Part shown: one piece after another, positions 1 through 9,125 of the stretch
Layout: every line of letters begins with the position of its first letter
How positions within the stretch are numbered: the first letter of the stretch is position 1
Notes under the pieces: model-generated
Seen by the model: only the letters and a program-made list of their open reading frames with translations
Told to the model about the DNA's origin: nothing
The model's database searches: none
Translations under genes and position numbers: made by a program
Origin: a bacterium
GTDB taxonomy: Bacteria > Patescibacteriota > Minisyncoccia > Phycocordibacterales > JAUSHB01
DNA length: 64,000 nt
Assembly: GCA_030648955.1 (NCBI GenBank)
Contig: JAUSHB010000013.1
Span: forward strand, 12,675 to 76,674
Reading direction: 5' to 3'

Positions 1-1075
1 TTTATCAACATTCAGATTTACTTTATGGAGCAAGAAATTTGCCAAAAAACCATCATCAATTCCTTGTGCCATAGTATATTCATAAGCGGCCTTAAAATTA
101 TTTTGAGGATTACCGAAGTATTTGTATGTGTTTATGTTTTCATCCTGCTTTGGCGTTGCAGTCATACCAAGATGAATGGCACTAGAAAAATGTTTTAAAA
201 TATCATTCCAATTTCCAAAACCAGAACGATGACATTCATCAATAATTACAAGGTCAAAAAAATCTTTTGGGTATTGCTCAAAAACACGCTTCCCATCTTT
301 TTCTCCGTACATTGATTGATAAATACTAAAATAAATATCTCGCGCCGTTGAAATTTCGCCATTTTCAATATAGCCACGAGCATTACCGAAAGGCTCGAAA
401 GTATTAAATGCCTGATCGCGTAGAACATTTCTATCTGCTAAAAACAAAACCCTTCGGATTTTACCGGCTTGTCTTAATTTCCACGCAATTTGAAACGCAA
501 TAGTAGTTTTACCAGTACCCGTAGCAAGATTAAGTAGGATTCTATTTCGTCCCTTACTTAGTTCTTCTATGGCTCGACGAATAGCAACCTGCTGATAATA
601 ACGAGGATTCTCATTAAAAGTTTGTTTGTTGTATGCAATAGTAAGAGGAGCGATATCTACTGATTCGAGGTTTCGTGCCTTAATAAATCGTTGATAAAGT
701 TCTTCGCGAGATGGGAAATTGGGAATAGTTTTTTGAGTATTTGTTGAAAAATCGAATTCTTCAATCTCGTGTCCGTTTGTTGCGTAGGCAAACATAATAT
801 CGAGGCGTTCGGCGTAGTCTTTTGCCTGTTGCATACCAGTCGTGGCAGATTTTTCTTCTTCTTTTGCTTCAACCACAGCAAGAGGTAGCGCGTCGTTGTA
901 TCGGAGTAAATAATCTGCCTTTTTAGGTTCTTTTCTTTTCGCCTCATCTCCGACAAGATAAATTTTTCCTTCGGTAAAATAAAATTCACGCGAAATAAAA
1001 TCCTCTACCCATCCAGATTGGTAAAGTTTTGGATCAATTATTTTTGCTCTTGTATCTGCTTCGTTGTATGCCATA
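1..1075 (-). CDS. hsdR: Type I restriction enzyme R subunit (HsdR), N-terminal part; continues past the window start
   Basis: Own translation from the ATG at 1075 gives MAYNEADTRAKIIDPKLYQSGW..., with the HsdR N-terminal nuclease region, a GTGKT Walker A motif and a DECH box. The frame stays open to position 1, so it is absent from the ORF track. The in-window track ORFs 246-428 and 657-989 are in other frames and look spurious. Confidence 0.8.
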
Positions 1076-1181
1076 AATTTATTTCAAAAGTTCACTGCTG
1101 GAAATATCCAATGCTCCAGCTATTTTTTCCAACGTCGAAAGAGTAGGATTCATTCGACCATTTTTGCCGATGTTTCTACTT

Positions 1182-1266
1182 GTGCGCAGGAGAGGACTTG
1201 AACCTCCACGCCCGTAAGGGCACATCCACCTCAAGGATGCTTGGCTACCAATTACAACACCTGCGC
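1182..1266 (-). tRNA. tRNA-Leu (anticodon GAG), type II with long variable arm
   Basis: The reverse complement folds as a cloverleaf with acceptor GCGCAGG/CCTGCGC, anticodon loop TTGAGGT, a long variable arm and a GGTTCAAGTCC T-arm. Confidence 0.8.
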
Positions 1267-1374
1267 AAATTTATATCCCTTTCTCACCAACTATACCCAA
1301 TACCTTGCGGATTTTCAACCCTTTTTCCTTGTCGTGAAAAAAGGCGGGACACCCCGCCTTTTAAAATTTCTTGA

Positions 1375-1851
1375 TTATTCTGATTTTGTTTTCCCGACGC
1401 TTTCGGTCGGGACCCCGACCTCTTCGGGCGTCGGGGCTTCACTCTCTTCGGGCTCCATGACTTCAAGCGCTTCTTCGGGAACTCCTTGCGGAAGTGCGCG
1501 GGAGTGTTTCATTTTTCTGCGAACTTCGCGGGCAACCTTTTCAGTGATGTAGTAGAGCTTTGATCGGCGCACTTTTGCTCGGCGCAAAACTTCAATTTTA
1601 TCAATGACTGGGGAATAGAGGGGGTACACTTTCTCAACACCAACTCCGCTTGTGACTTTATAGACAGTAAATGTTCCGCCGGATTGTTTTCCATGCTTAA
1701 GGCCGAGAACCATTCCCTCAAAAGCCTGGAGGCGAGTCTTCCCTTTTTCCTGTATCTTCGAGAAGACGCGCACCGTATCGCCCGCACGAATGTCGAGCTT
1801 TTTTCGTTCTTCAATATTTACGGGAGAAAATTTAATAGTGATCGGTTGCAT
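1375..1851 (-). CDS. rplS: 50S ribosomal protein L19
   Basis: The translation [49 protein letters not shown] is typical L19. The start was taken at the internal Met of track ORF 1375-2022. Confidence 0.85.
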   Translation of the reverse strand: MQPITIKFSPVNIEERKKLDIRAGDTVRVFSKIQEKGKTRLQAFEGMVLGLKHGKQSGGTFTVYKVTSGVGVEKVYPLYSPVIDKIEVLRRAKVRRSKLYYITEKVAREVRRKMKHSRALPQGVPEEALEVMEPEESEAPTPEEVGVPTESVGKTKSE

Positions 1852-1867
1852 ATAGGCAGATAATCTA

Positions 1868-2587
1868 TCACGAAAGCCCGAGCTGTGCAAGCGCCCCGGT
1901 AAAATCATCAGGTACAGGAGCTTCGATCGTGATATGAGTTTTATTGGGAGTATTGATTGATATAGAATAAGCATGGAGTGCCATCCGCAGAAGTCCCCCT
2001 TCGCAAAGCCGTTTCGATGCATAGAGTTTATCGCACAGTACCGGGTGTCCGATTGATTTTAAGTGCACGCGAATCTGGTGCGTCCTTCCCGTTTTTGGAT
2101 GAAGAGAAAGATAAGAAAAATCTTTTGTGCTTTTTAGAAGTTCATACTCCGTTGTTGCCTCACGCAACACCCCACGCGCTCCTTTTTCCGCAGACCATTG
2201 CCTGAAATCATTTCTACTTTTCCCGATGGGTTTATCAATGATCCCCTTTGTTTCTTTTACTCTCCCGTGCACGATCGCTCGGTATGTTTTTTGCACTTCG
2301 CGGTCCTGAAATTGATTTTTGAAAAACAAAAAAGCTTCTTGGTTTTTCGCGATAATCATAACGCCAGATGTATCGCGATCAAGGCGGTGCACAATGCCAT
2401 GTTTGGGAATTTCCTGACCAGATGCAAGCTTGATTCCCTCCCCCACTCCTCGTACTGACGGGTAGTGTTCAACAACCCAATCTGAAAGCGTTTTTTCTTT
2501 AGACCTCCCGTCGGTGTGTACTGTGATGCCCGCCGGTTTATTGATCGCAAGAATATCTTCATCTTCGTAAATAACAGAAATGTTCAT
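1868..2587 (-). CDS. RluA-family pseudouridine synthase
   Basis: It carries the [10 protein letters not shown] catalytic motif and RluA/RluD-like domain order. Confidence 0.8.
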   Translation of the reverse strand: MNISVIYEDEDILAINKPAGITVHTDGRSKEKTLSDWVVEHYPSVRGVGEGIKLASGQEIPKHGIVHRLDRDTSGVMIIAKNQEAFLFFKNQFQDREVQKTYRAIVHGRVKETKGIIDKPIGKSRNDFRQWSAEKGARGVLREATTEYELLKSTKDFSYLSLHPKTGRTHQIRVHLKSIGHPVLCDKLYASKRLCEGGLLRMALHAYSISINTPNKTHITIEAPVPDDFTGALAQLGLS

Positions 2588-2670
2588 GATATCTTTTAGC
2601 TTCCATAGCTTCGGTGGCTTCGAAAGCTTTTGAAGCTCGTGAAGCTAGAACCTATTGAAGCTCTCTTTGA

Positions 2671-3378
2671 TTATTTCCCATTTCTCCGCTCACGCGAAGA
2701 AAATTCATCGATCATGCCATTAAATTCTTTTTCGGTAAAATCTGACCAGAGCGTTTTTGTAAAAAAGAGTTCACTGTATGCGGATTGCCACAGAAGAAAG
2801 TTAGAAAGTCGCATTTCTCCCCCAGTTCGCAAAATAATATCAGGGTCTGGAATTCCTTGCGTGGAAATCTTTTCCGAAAAGCTTTTTTCCGTAAGATTTT
2901 GCATGTCCTCCAGAGAAAGTTTTTTTATTGCTGATATGATTTCATCTCGCCCGCCATAAGATAACGCCACAACAACTTCAATGTTCACACCACTCGCGGT
3001 TTCTTTTTCTGCTTCACGCACTTTGTTTACAACGTCAGGAGGAAACTGCTCGACGTTGCCGATAAATTTCAGCTTAATGCCCTCTTTTTTCAATGATTCA
3101 ACTTCAGTATCGAGCACCATGCGAAGCAGTTCGGTGATTTGACCCACTTCTGCCTCAGATCGTTTCCAGTTTTCTGTTGAAAATGCATACGCTACAACGT
3201 ACCGAGCACCCCGCTTCCGTGCCCACCGAATAAACTCTTTGAATTTTTTATACCCCTCGCTATGTCCCATAAACACAGGGAGTCCGCGCGCTTTCGCCCA
3301 CCGGCGATTCCCGTCCATAATAATCCCGATGCAATGCGGGATTTTACCGTTTTCTGGAGTAGTGATTGTATCCTTCAT
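2671..3378 (-). CDS. uppS: Undecaprenyl diphosphate synthase (isoprenyl transferase)
   Basis: The motifs HCIGIIMDGNRRWA ... AFSTENWKR ... LSNFLLWQSAY are the UppS signature. Confidence 0.85.
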   Translation of the reverse strand: MKDTITTPENGKIPHCIGIIMDGNRRWAKARGLPVFMGHSEGYKKFKEFIRWARKRGARYVVAYAFSTENWKRSEAEVGQITELLRMVLDTEVESLKKEGIKLKFIGNVEQFPPDVVNKVREAEKETASGVNIEVVVALSYGGRDEIISAIKKLSLEDMQNLTEKSFSEKISTQGIPDPDIILRTGGEMRLSNFLLWQSAYSELFFTKTLWSDFTEKEFNGMIDEFSSRERRNGK

Positions 3379-3426
3379 CTTGTTTACTAATTTTTATGTA
3401 GCCCCTCATGTGACTCACCCATAACT

Positions 3427-3723
3427 CTAATATAAAATCTGAAAATCAGGAAATGTTCCGGTGGATTCGCCCCACTGCTCATCAATATTTTCAACACGTG
3501 CAACCATTCGAGAAATAAGCGGTTTCTTCCGAAGTATCGGTATTAATTTTTTAAGTTGCCCTTCTTCCCCTTCCGCGACAACGTAGACCAGGTTATCAGC
3601 ACGATTTTCTACGGTTCCCACGAGGTCAAGCGAGAGCGCTGTACGCTTCACAAAATCACGAAACATCACTCCCTGCACAAGGCCGGTTATTTTGCATTCG
3701 AGACGTTTTTGCATTCGAGACAT
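3427..3723 (-). CDS. acyP: Acylphosphatase
   Basis: The 98-aa product contains the VQGVMFR acylphosphatase motif. Confidence 0.7.
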   Translation of the reverse strand: MSRMQKRLECKITGLVQGVMFRDFVKRTALSLDLVGTVENRADNLVYVVAEGEEGQLKKLIPILRKKPLISRMVARVENIDEQWGESTGTFPDFQILY

Positions 3724-3747
3724 CTTAGTGTAATTTTTAAAATAAAA

Positions 3748-4410
3748 CTAGACAATCAGTTTTTTTATCTTTTCAATCTGAGCAATGATCTGAAGAAATA
3801 ATTTTGTATTACAGACATAAATATCAAAAGTACCATACGGCAAACTATCTTTTTTATTCTTACTCGCAATACTCGGCTTCGAATACGTTTTGAAAAATTG
3901 TGAGCGCGGAATTCCTGAAACATGTGACCAATACCGCTCTGCGCTCTCAATATTGAGATGAGAGTGGATGTGGATATGGCCACGAAATTTTTTCTCCTCA
4001 ACCTTAAAAATCTCTCGAAAAAACCGCATCATTACCTTAATAACCGCGGGATCGCTATTTGAGATCCTTGCCGATCCTTTGTTTGTCTTTCCTCCTTCTC
4101 CCCAATATAAACATAACCCGATAAGATGTAAATCGTGGGTAGAAATATTTTTAATGTCTTTTTGCGCCAAAGTCGCTATGGCGTCCCTCTTTTCTTGTTC
4201 ATTGAGCAATCGTTTTTGGCGTCTTTTTTCGATTGCTTCGGATGAAAACCCTTTCCGTTTTAAAACACTCATCTGCTTTTTACTCAGCGTAATATTACGC
4301 ACCCACATACTCACACTCGCCTTTGAAACACTGGCGCTTCGAGCAATCTCTTTGATCGACATTCCTTCCTTACGCAACGCGATGACTTTTTGTTTTTCTA
4401 ATAATTTCAT
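3748..4410 (-). CDS. Hypothetical protein with N-terminal helix-turn-helix
   Basis: The N-terminus IALRKEGMSIKEIARSASVSKASVSMW is a transposase or sigma region-4 style HTH. The C-terminal ~150 aa have an unknown fold. The start was set at the MKLLEKQ Met. The gene lies next to tRNA-Val and its duplicated 3' end. Confidence 0.5.
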   Translation of the reverse strand: MKLLEKQKVIALRKEGMSIKEIARSASVSKASVSMWVRNITLSKKQMSVLKRKGFSSEAIEKRRQKRLLNEQEKRDAIATLAQKDIKNISTHDLHLIGLCLYWGEGGKTNKGSARISNSDPAVIKVMMRFFREIFKVEEKKFRGHIHIHSHLNIESAERYWSHVSGIPRSQFFKTYSKPSIASKNKKDSLPYGTFDIYVCNTKLFLQIIAQIEKIKKLIV

Positions 4411-4532
4411 ATATAGTGAACCACTAATACATATACTACATAAGATGTATTCTATCATCTGTATCGACTTTTACAAGTATTGAATTTATTTGAGAAATAC
4501 AGTATGATGCCTGTGTTCTTTATACCTTTGAC

Positions 4533-4608
4533 GGGCGATTAGCTCAGTTGGTAGAGCAGCGCATTTACACTGCGAAGGTCGGGGGTTCAAGCCCCTCATC
4601 GCCCACCA
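4533..4608 (+). tRNA. tRNA-Val (anticodon TAC), CCA encoded
   Basis: The cloverleaf has acceptor GGGCGAT/ATCGCCC, D-arm GCTC-AGTTGGTA-GAGC, anticodon loop TTTACAC and T-arm GGGGGTTCAAGCCCCTC, followed by ACCA. Pair 27-43 is a G·A mismatch. Confidence 0.8.
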
Positions 4609-4840
4609 TGTGAAAAATGTCCAACTTTTGTTGGGCATTTTTTGCATCATGCAAATGAGAAACGCGTAGCGTTTTGTAGGGACTTGAAAGCCGGAGCGTG
4701 GCGGCGCGAGGCGGGGTCGCGGAATTTTTCAACAGAAAAATATCCGTGACCAAGCCCCTCATCGCCCACAAAACATTAAATTCCGAAGCGATAGCTTTGG
4801 GTTTTTGATTTTGTGGATAGCAAGTAATCTCATTGTCTTT

Positions 4841-5653
4841 TTATTTTTCTTCAAAAGTTTTTTTAGGAATCACTTCGCGTATTGAAAAGTGCGCGATATC
4901 CAAACTCTTCCACCCATCGACACGAAACGTCGTTTCCCATCCTGCCCAAAGCGCGGCTTTGACATATTGGCCAGTAGAGACCCCCTCTATATCATTCCAT
5001 TCTGTATAAAGATGAAAATCGTTTCGGGGCGAGCCGTCCTCATTATAAGGATTAGTATCAAGATAGAGAAAGTTTCTTGTTCTTTTTTGTTGTTCTTCTA
5101 AAAAAGAAACGACTTTAACTGCGAGCCATTTGTTTTCTTGGATTGCATAATCAAATTTCCGGTTTATTGTGAGAAAGTCATAATCAGGATGATCTAACTC
5201 CTTGAATACTTTTGCTTTGAGATTTGCGTACGGGACCTGCATACCTATGCAGCTTGACCGAGGGTCGTGCGAGCCTCCATGAACACCTCCTCGAATGATC
5301 CATGAAAAGGAAGTGTGGGTTTTATTGAAATCATGAACCCGGAAATAAATGGTTGCTTCAAAATTCTCATTATCTTTTTCGGTGCCAATGTATCCGTGTT
5401 CGCTGGCGCCAGTACGCCATGTGTATTGTTGCGAGCCTGGTGCATGCATGCGCAAGCGGATTGTCAATCCATCTGGCTGGCCGTCAGCGTATGTAACTCT
5501 TTCTGCAACAACTTTATAATAAATGATGCCATTCTCCGTTTCTTTACCGACTATGGAACCACCGATTCCAAATCCTTCTTGTACTTGAGGATCTTCATCA
5601 AAAGACAATGTGAAGCTATTGCCCTCGGGGTTGTGTTTATAAAGATATATCAT
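4841..5653 (-). CDS. Hypothetical protein (270 aa)
   Basis: It is a long ORF with no recognisable signal peptide and no family I can assign. Confidence 0.45.
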   Translation of the reverse strand: MIYLYKHNPEGNSFTLSFDEDPQVQEGFGIGGSIVGKETENGIIYYKVVAERVTYADGQPDGLTIRLRMHAPGSQQYTWRTGASEHGYIGTEKDNENFEATIYFRVHDFNKTHTSFSWIIRGGVHGGSHDPRSSCIGMQVPYANLKAKVFKELDHPDYDFLTINRKFDYAIQENKWLAVKVVSFLEEQQKRTRNFLYLDTNPYNEDGSPRNDFHLYTEWNDIEGVSTGQYVKAALWAGWETTFRVDGWKSLDIAHFSIREVIPKKTFEEK

Positions 5654-6055
5654 TGAACTTATGATTATCTAAAAAATCCTACTTCAAATGAATTAAAATT
5701 TGGAAGAAGTTTTTAGGTAGTCCTGATGGGTTAGGTCCTTCGGTCATTAGAACCTCGCCCTGTATTATGTGTTTATTGTACCAAGCTCGAACCTATTTCC
5801 AAAATCGCTGATGTCGCACGCGCGAAGCGCGTCCCACCTTCTGGCTTTGAAAAAGCCGTTGAGTTCTGTGTTTATGCAGTATTCTTGAATTAGTCCGAAC
5901 GCATTTTTCCGGAAAATTCCCCCCGCGAAAATTCGGAAAGGCGGCGGAGCCACACCGCTGATTCAGCAGAATCACCTACTGGGTGACAATTTCAAGTTTT
6001 TTGACGGCATTCAATCCAAGAATTCGCAAAGCGAATACAAAATTATGAAGAAACT

Positions 6056-6616
6056 TTATTTCCCACTTTCAACCTTCTTTTTAGCAACACGATACTTCAT
6101 CCATTTTCTATTTGGATCAACTTCAAATGACACACCAAGCTCCAGATGTTCCTGTGAGATTTTGTGCATCAATTGGTATAAATCTTCCGGACTTTTCAAA
6201 TCGCCTGCGCTTACAATAAACGGGAGCCCGCCATCCATTCTTTTTTCGCGGTCAAGACTCCCATCTGGTTTAATTTGGAGAGCTTCCGAATACTCGCCAC
6301 TTTTTTTAATGCCGTCTTCAAACCATTTTGCCATCCAATTTCGGTTCTGTCGTGGCCATTCTTCGGCTCGTTGCGCTTTTTCCTCTGGTGTCATTTTCAC
6401 GTCCTTCTCTCGGTATTCCTGTCTCAAACACTCTCTTCCGGCTTCCTCTCCTTCTTCTCTTACTCGTGCGGTTTCAGAAGTTTCTCCTGGCCTAAACTCG
6501 AGACTTGGACCAACTTTTTTACCAAAAAGATTTCCTTTTTTCATAGTAAAACCCTCCCCTTTAATAGGTTCTTCTTTCTTGTTGGGAGGTTTTTCAAACG
6601 GATTTTCTATGCTCAT
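6056..6616 (-). CDS. Hypothetical charged protein (186 aa)
   Basis: The ORF is Lys/Glu-rich. The opposite-strand ORFs 6045-6632 and 6275-6628 have low complexity and are judged spurious. Confidence 0.4.
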   Translation of the reverse strand: MSIENPFEKPPNKKEEPIKGEGFTMKKGNLFGKKVGPSLEFRPGETSETARVREEGEEAGRECLRQEYREKDVKMTPEEKAQRAEEWPRQNRNWMAKWFEDGIKKSGEYSEALQIKPDGSLDREKRMDGGLPFIVSAGDLKSPEDLYQLMHKISQEHLELGVSFEVDPNRKWMKYRVAKKKVESGK

Positions 6617-6749
6617 AAATTTGTATGATTAAAAAATTTTCTTCCCCCAAAATTAAAATATGATTCGAGTCGATGTTTTTCTTTGGGTTCTTTTGAGGTT
6701 TTACTAGCCAACCTGTGCAATTATTGTAGCATATTTTCTTATTCGAATG

Positions 6750-7339
6750 CCCCTGGTAGGAATGTCCCACAGTTACTAAGCTCACTCAAAGCAAAGCTTC
6801 TCGCTCGATATCGAGCTCTTCGAGCGCAGGATCGACATGGTCACGAGTTACTAAGCATATTTCTTCGCTTTGCCTACCTGCCGGTAGGCAGGCTCGAAAT
6901 CTGCGTAAGTACACCACAAGAGTACTTCCAGTTTTCTAATTCGCTACGCTCATAAGAAAACTTTGGTCGCTCGCGAACCCCAGCTCGTGGCCTTGCGTGG
7001 TCGCAAGGCATCACTGTGCTTGCATAAAGTTAAAAAAGTGAAGCAGCGACCAAAATCTCTTGAGTGCAGCGATTAGAGATTTGAAGTACTCTTGTGGTGT
7101 TCACTTTTTCTTAACACTTTATGCCCTCGGCAGGATCGGTCACGAGTTACTAAGTGTTCTCGTCTGCTTTGCAGACTGCGAGCACTAAGTACTCTCGACC
7201 CCGACGGAGCGACAAGCACTCGCTTCGCCTGCCTACCGGCAGGCAGGCTCGTCTTGTATACCGCTTCCGTCCTTCGATTCCTGCCGAGGGCGATAAAAAT
7301 ATAATCACCCAATGCTTCGCATTGTTCTCGTTATTTTTA
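6750..7339. repeat. tRNA-3'-flanking GC-rich repeat array (two ~290-bp units, family A)
   Basis: GGTCACGAGTTACTAAG occurs at 6841 and 7139. The hairpin CCTGCCGGTAGGCAGGCTCG occurs at 6879 and 7224. TTTATGCCCTCGGCAGGA occurs at 7118 and 7337, copying the 3' end of the adjacent tRNA. 6752-6815 is the reverse complement of 20060-20125. Confidence 0.7.
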
Positions 7340-7411
7340 TGCCCTCGGCAGGAATCGAACCTGCATCTACGGCTTAGAAGTCCGCAGCACTATCCATTAT
7401 GCTACGAGGGC
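7340..7411 (-). tRNA. tRNA (probably Arg, anticodon TCT) with atypical enlarged anticodon loop
   Basis: The reverse complement has acceptor GCCCTCG/CGAGGGC, D-arm GCAT-AATGGATA-GTGC and T-arm GCAGGTTCGATTCCTGC. The anticodon stem pairs best as TGCGG/CCGTA around a 9-nt loop ACTTCTAAG, so the identity is uncertain. Confidence 0.55.
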
Positions 7412-7438
7412 AATTACAATTGATACACGCTACATGAT

Positions 7439-7771
7439 TTATATCGATGGGTCAATGATGGATGGTTTTTCAGCGCGGAGCATTTCGAGTTCTTTCTTTC
7501 TTTGCTCAAAAATTCCAATGGTATCCTTAAGTTTTTGTGTATTAAATGTTCTCACGCGGACCATTTCATTCTCTTTAGCAAGAAATATATCATCGTGTTG
7601 TATCCGAAGAAAAATGTAGTAACTCGCAGATCCCACCGCCACAATAAGAATTGTAAAAATAACGAATAACATCCGCCAATCACTGTGAGGTGTCATCTCC
7701 ATTTTCAGCTTGTCTTTGTCTCGTAGTTGGACAAATCTTTTCAATATTCTTTTTATATCAAAATTTTTCAT
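7439..7771 (-). CDS. Small membrane protein, last gene of the pilMNO cluster (PilP-like position)
   Basis: It has a single TM helix (LFVIFTILIVAVGSASYYIF), is co-oriented with and directly downstream of the pilO-like gene, and the start was set at MKNFDIKR. Confidence 0.45.
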   Translation of the reverse strand: MKNFDIKRILKRFVQLRDKDKLKMEMTPHSDWRMLFVIFTILIVAVGSASYYIFLRIQHDDIFLAKENEMVRVRTFNTQKLKDTIGIFEQRKKELEMLRAEKPSIIDPSI

Positions 7772-7775
7772 GTAG

Positions 7776-8369
7776 TTATTCTTTAATGTACCCGGAAATT
7801 TCAAGAGTAAAACTCGCATCCCACAATACTTTTCGTATATCGTTTTTTTCACTTTCAACTGATTCCCCACCCGAAAGAGACTTCGGTTGCGAATGTTCTA
7901 CAGCTGGCAAAGGAATGGCAGGTGCGTTTGAACTATTAAAAAACGCTTTTTTAAATTCTATCCGGTACGGTAGATGTTCAATAAGTTTTACAAAATAGTA
8001 AATATCTTCAAATGTACCACTCACACCGACATCGATCCCCAGAAGACTTTCCCGCTCAATGAGTCCCCCCAATTTTACAACAACATTACTTTCTGCCCCC
8101 AAAGACTCGAGGGAGTCAAAAAAGGTATTTATTGAACTTGAACGCACAAAATATGACTGGAGTTTCATTCGATCTTCTTTCATATCATTCACCGCATGAC
8201 GGAGTTGCGTGAGATCATCTTCGTTTGTTTGTCGCGCATTAAGCTCATATGACAACGTTGACGTTTCTTCGCTCGCCGTTTTAATGCGGTAAAACAAAAA
8301 ACCGTAAACACCAAAAAGTGCGGTGCTGACTATAATCATAGTAATTAATAATTTTTTTGTTTTGTTCAT
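7776..8369 (-). CDS. pilO: Type IV pilus assembly protein PilO-like
   Basis: It has an N-terminal TM helix followed by a coiled coil, and sits between the PilN-like gene and the small downstream membrane gene. Confidence 0.55.
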   Translation of the reverse strand: MNKTKKLLITMIIVSTALFGVYGFLFYRIKTASEETSTLSYELNARQTNEDDLTQLRHAVNDMKEDRMKLQSYFVRSSSINTFFDSLESLGAESNVVVKLGGLIERESLLGIDVGVSGTFEDIYYFVKLIEHLPYRIEFKKAFFNSSNAPAIPLPAVEHSQPKSLSGGESVESEKNDIRKVLWDASFTLEISGYIKE

Positions 8370-8474
8370 TCCGTTGTGTGCAATAAAACACAGAATGTTT
8401 TATTACGTAAACAATGTTGCTCGACCATCAAATGTATGTGTATTTTCATAATCTATGTGCTAACAATATAACCC

Positions 8475-9086
8475 CTAAGGTGCTTCGTCTTCTTCTGGTG
8501 GTGGTGGAGTTACTTGTTCCTTTTTCTTTGCCTTTTCATTTTCTTCATCTTTATATTTAATCATGATCGTGAAATCGATGTTTTTATCTTTTACGAGATC
8601 AGAAATCGGGAGACTCACGTCTTTAAACACTGCGTCTTTTTTAAGTATCTCGACAAAATTTGTAAGACTCTGGCGATTCGTTGCCATTCCTTTTAAAGAA
8701 AGGGTGCTTTCGATATCTGTTTTGTTGTAAAATATTCCCCGTATCTTTATATCTTCAGTTTTATAACGAGCTGTTTTTTGAAGCAGATCGGATGAAAGAG
8801 TAAATTTTTTCCCTTTCTCATTCAGTAGATCAATCGTGGTATCAGTTTCTTTGACAATCACCTCGAGGTTTTTTGCCTCTTGAAAAGATGTTTTTTTGTC
8901 GTCTGTTTTTGATAAATTTTCCACCACGATGGATTGTTTGTGAGACGCGAGAAGATACGCCGGGACAAGAAGTATTATTGCAATAATCATTGTTGTCGCG
9001 AGCATAACAAGCGCGGTAGTAGTAAGCCGTATGCGATACTCCGAGATGACCCTTTTTATTCCTGATATGGGAAGGAGATTTATCAT
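8475..9086 (-). CDS. pilN: Type IV pilus assembly protein PilN-like
   Basis: It has an N-terminal TM helix and lies immediately downstream of pilM, with PilN-like architecture and a Pro-rich acidic tail. Confidence 0.55.
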   Translation of the reverse strand: MINLLPISGIKRVISEYRIRLTTTALVMLATTMIIAIILLVPAYLLASHKQSIVVENLSKTDDKKTSFQEAKNLEVIVKETDTTIDLLNEKGKKFTLSSDLLQKTARYKTEDIKIRGIFYNKTDIESTLSLKGMATNRQSLTNFVEILKKDAVFKDVSLPISDLVKDKNIDFTIMIKYKDEENEKAKKKEQVTPPPPEEDEAP

Positions 9087-9125
9087 GATTTAGAATTCAT
9101 TTCAATAAAAACGGCGTTACGATTG

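Noticed and set aside
657-989. Track ORFs 246-428 and 657-989 on the minus strand
   Set aside because: They lie in alternative frames inside the clearly conserved hsdR reading frame and give low-complexity translations.
3748-4410. LAGLIDADG homing endonuclease interpretation of the GLCLYWGEGGK segment in the HTH protein
   Set aside because: The segment does not fit the h-A-G-h-h-D-G-D-G pattern, and no second motif is present.
5700-6045. Possible sRNA or pseudogene in the 350-bp spacer with GCGCGAAGCGCG hairpin
   Set aside because: There is no terminator, no conserved motif recognised, and no ORF. The evidence is insufficient.
6045-6632. Plus-strand ORFs 6045-6632 and 6275-6628 opposite the 186-aa minus-strand gene
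   Set aside because: Their translations are Ser/Phe/Leu-rich, low-complexity antisense, with no start context.
6750-7339. Possible CRISPR array, considered because of repeated GC-rich motifs near 6750-7340, 19961-20344 and 32280-32447
   Set aside because: The repeats are heterogeneous modules, not a regularly spaced 25-40-bp direct repeat with unique spacers. They are always anchored to a tRNA 3' end, and no cas genes are present.
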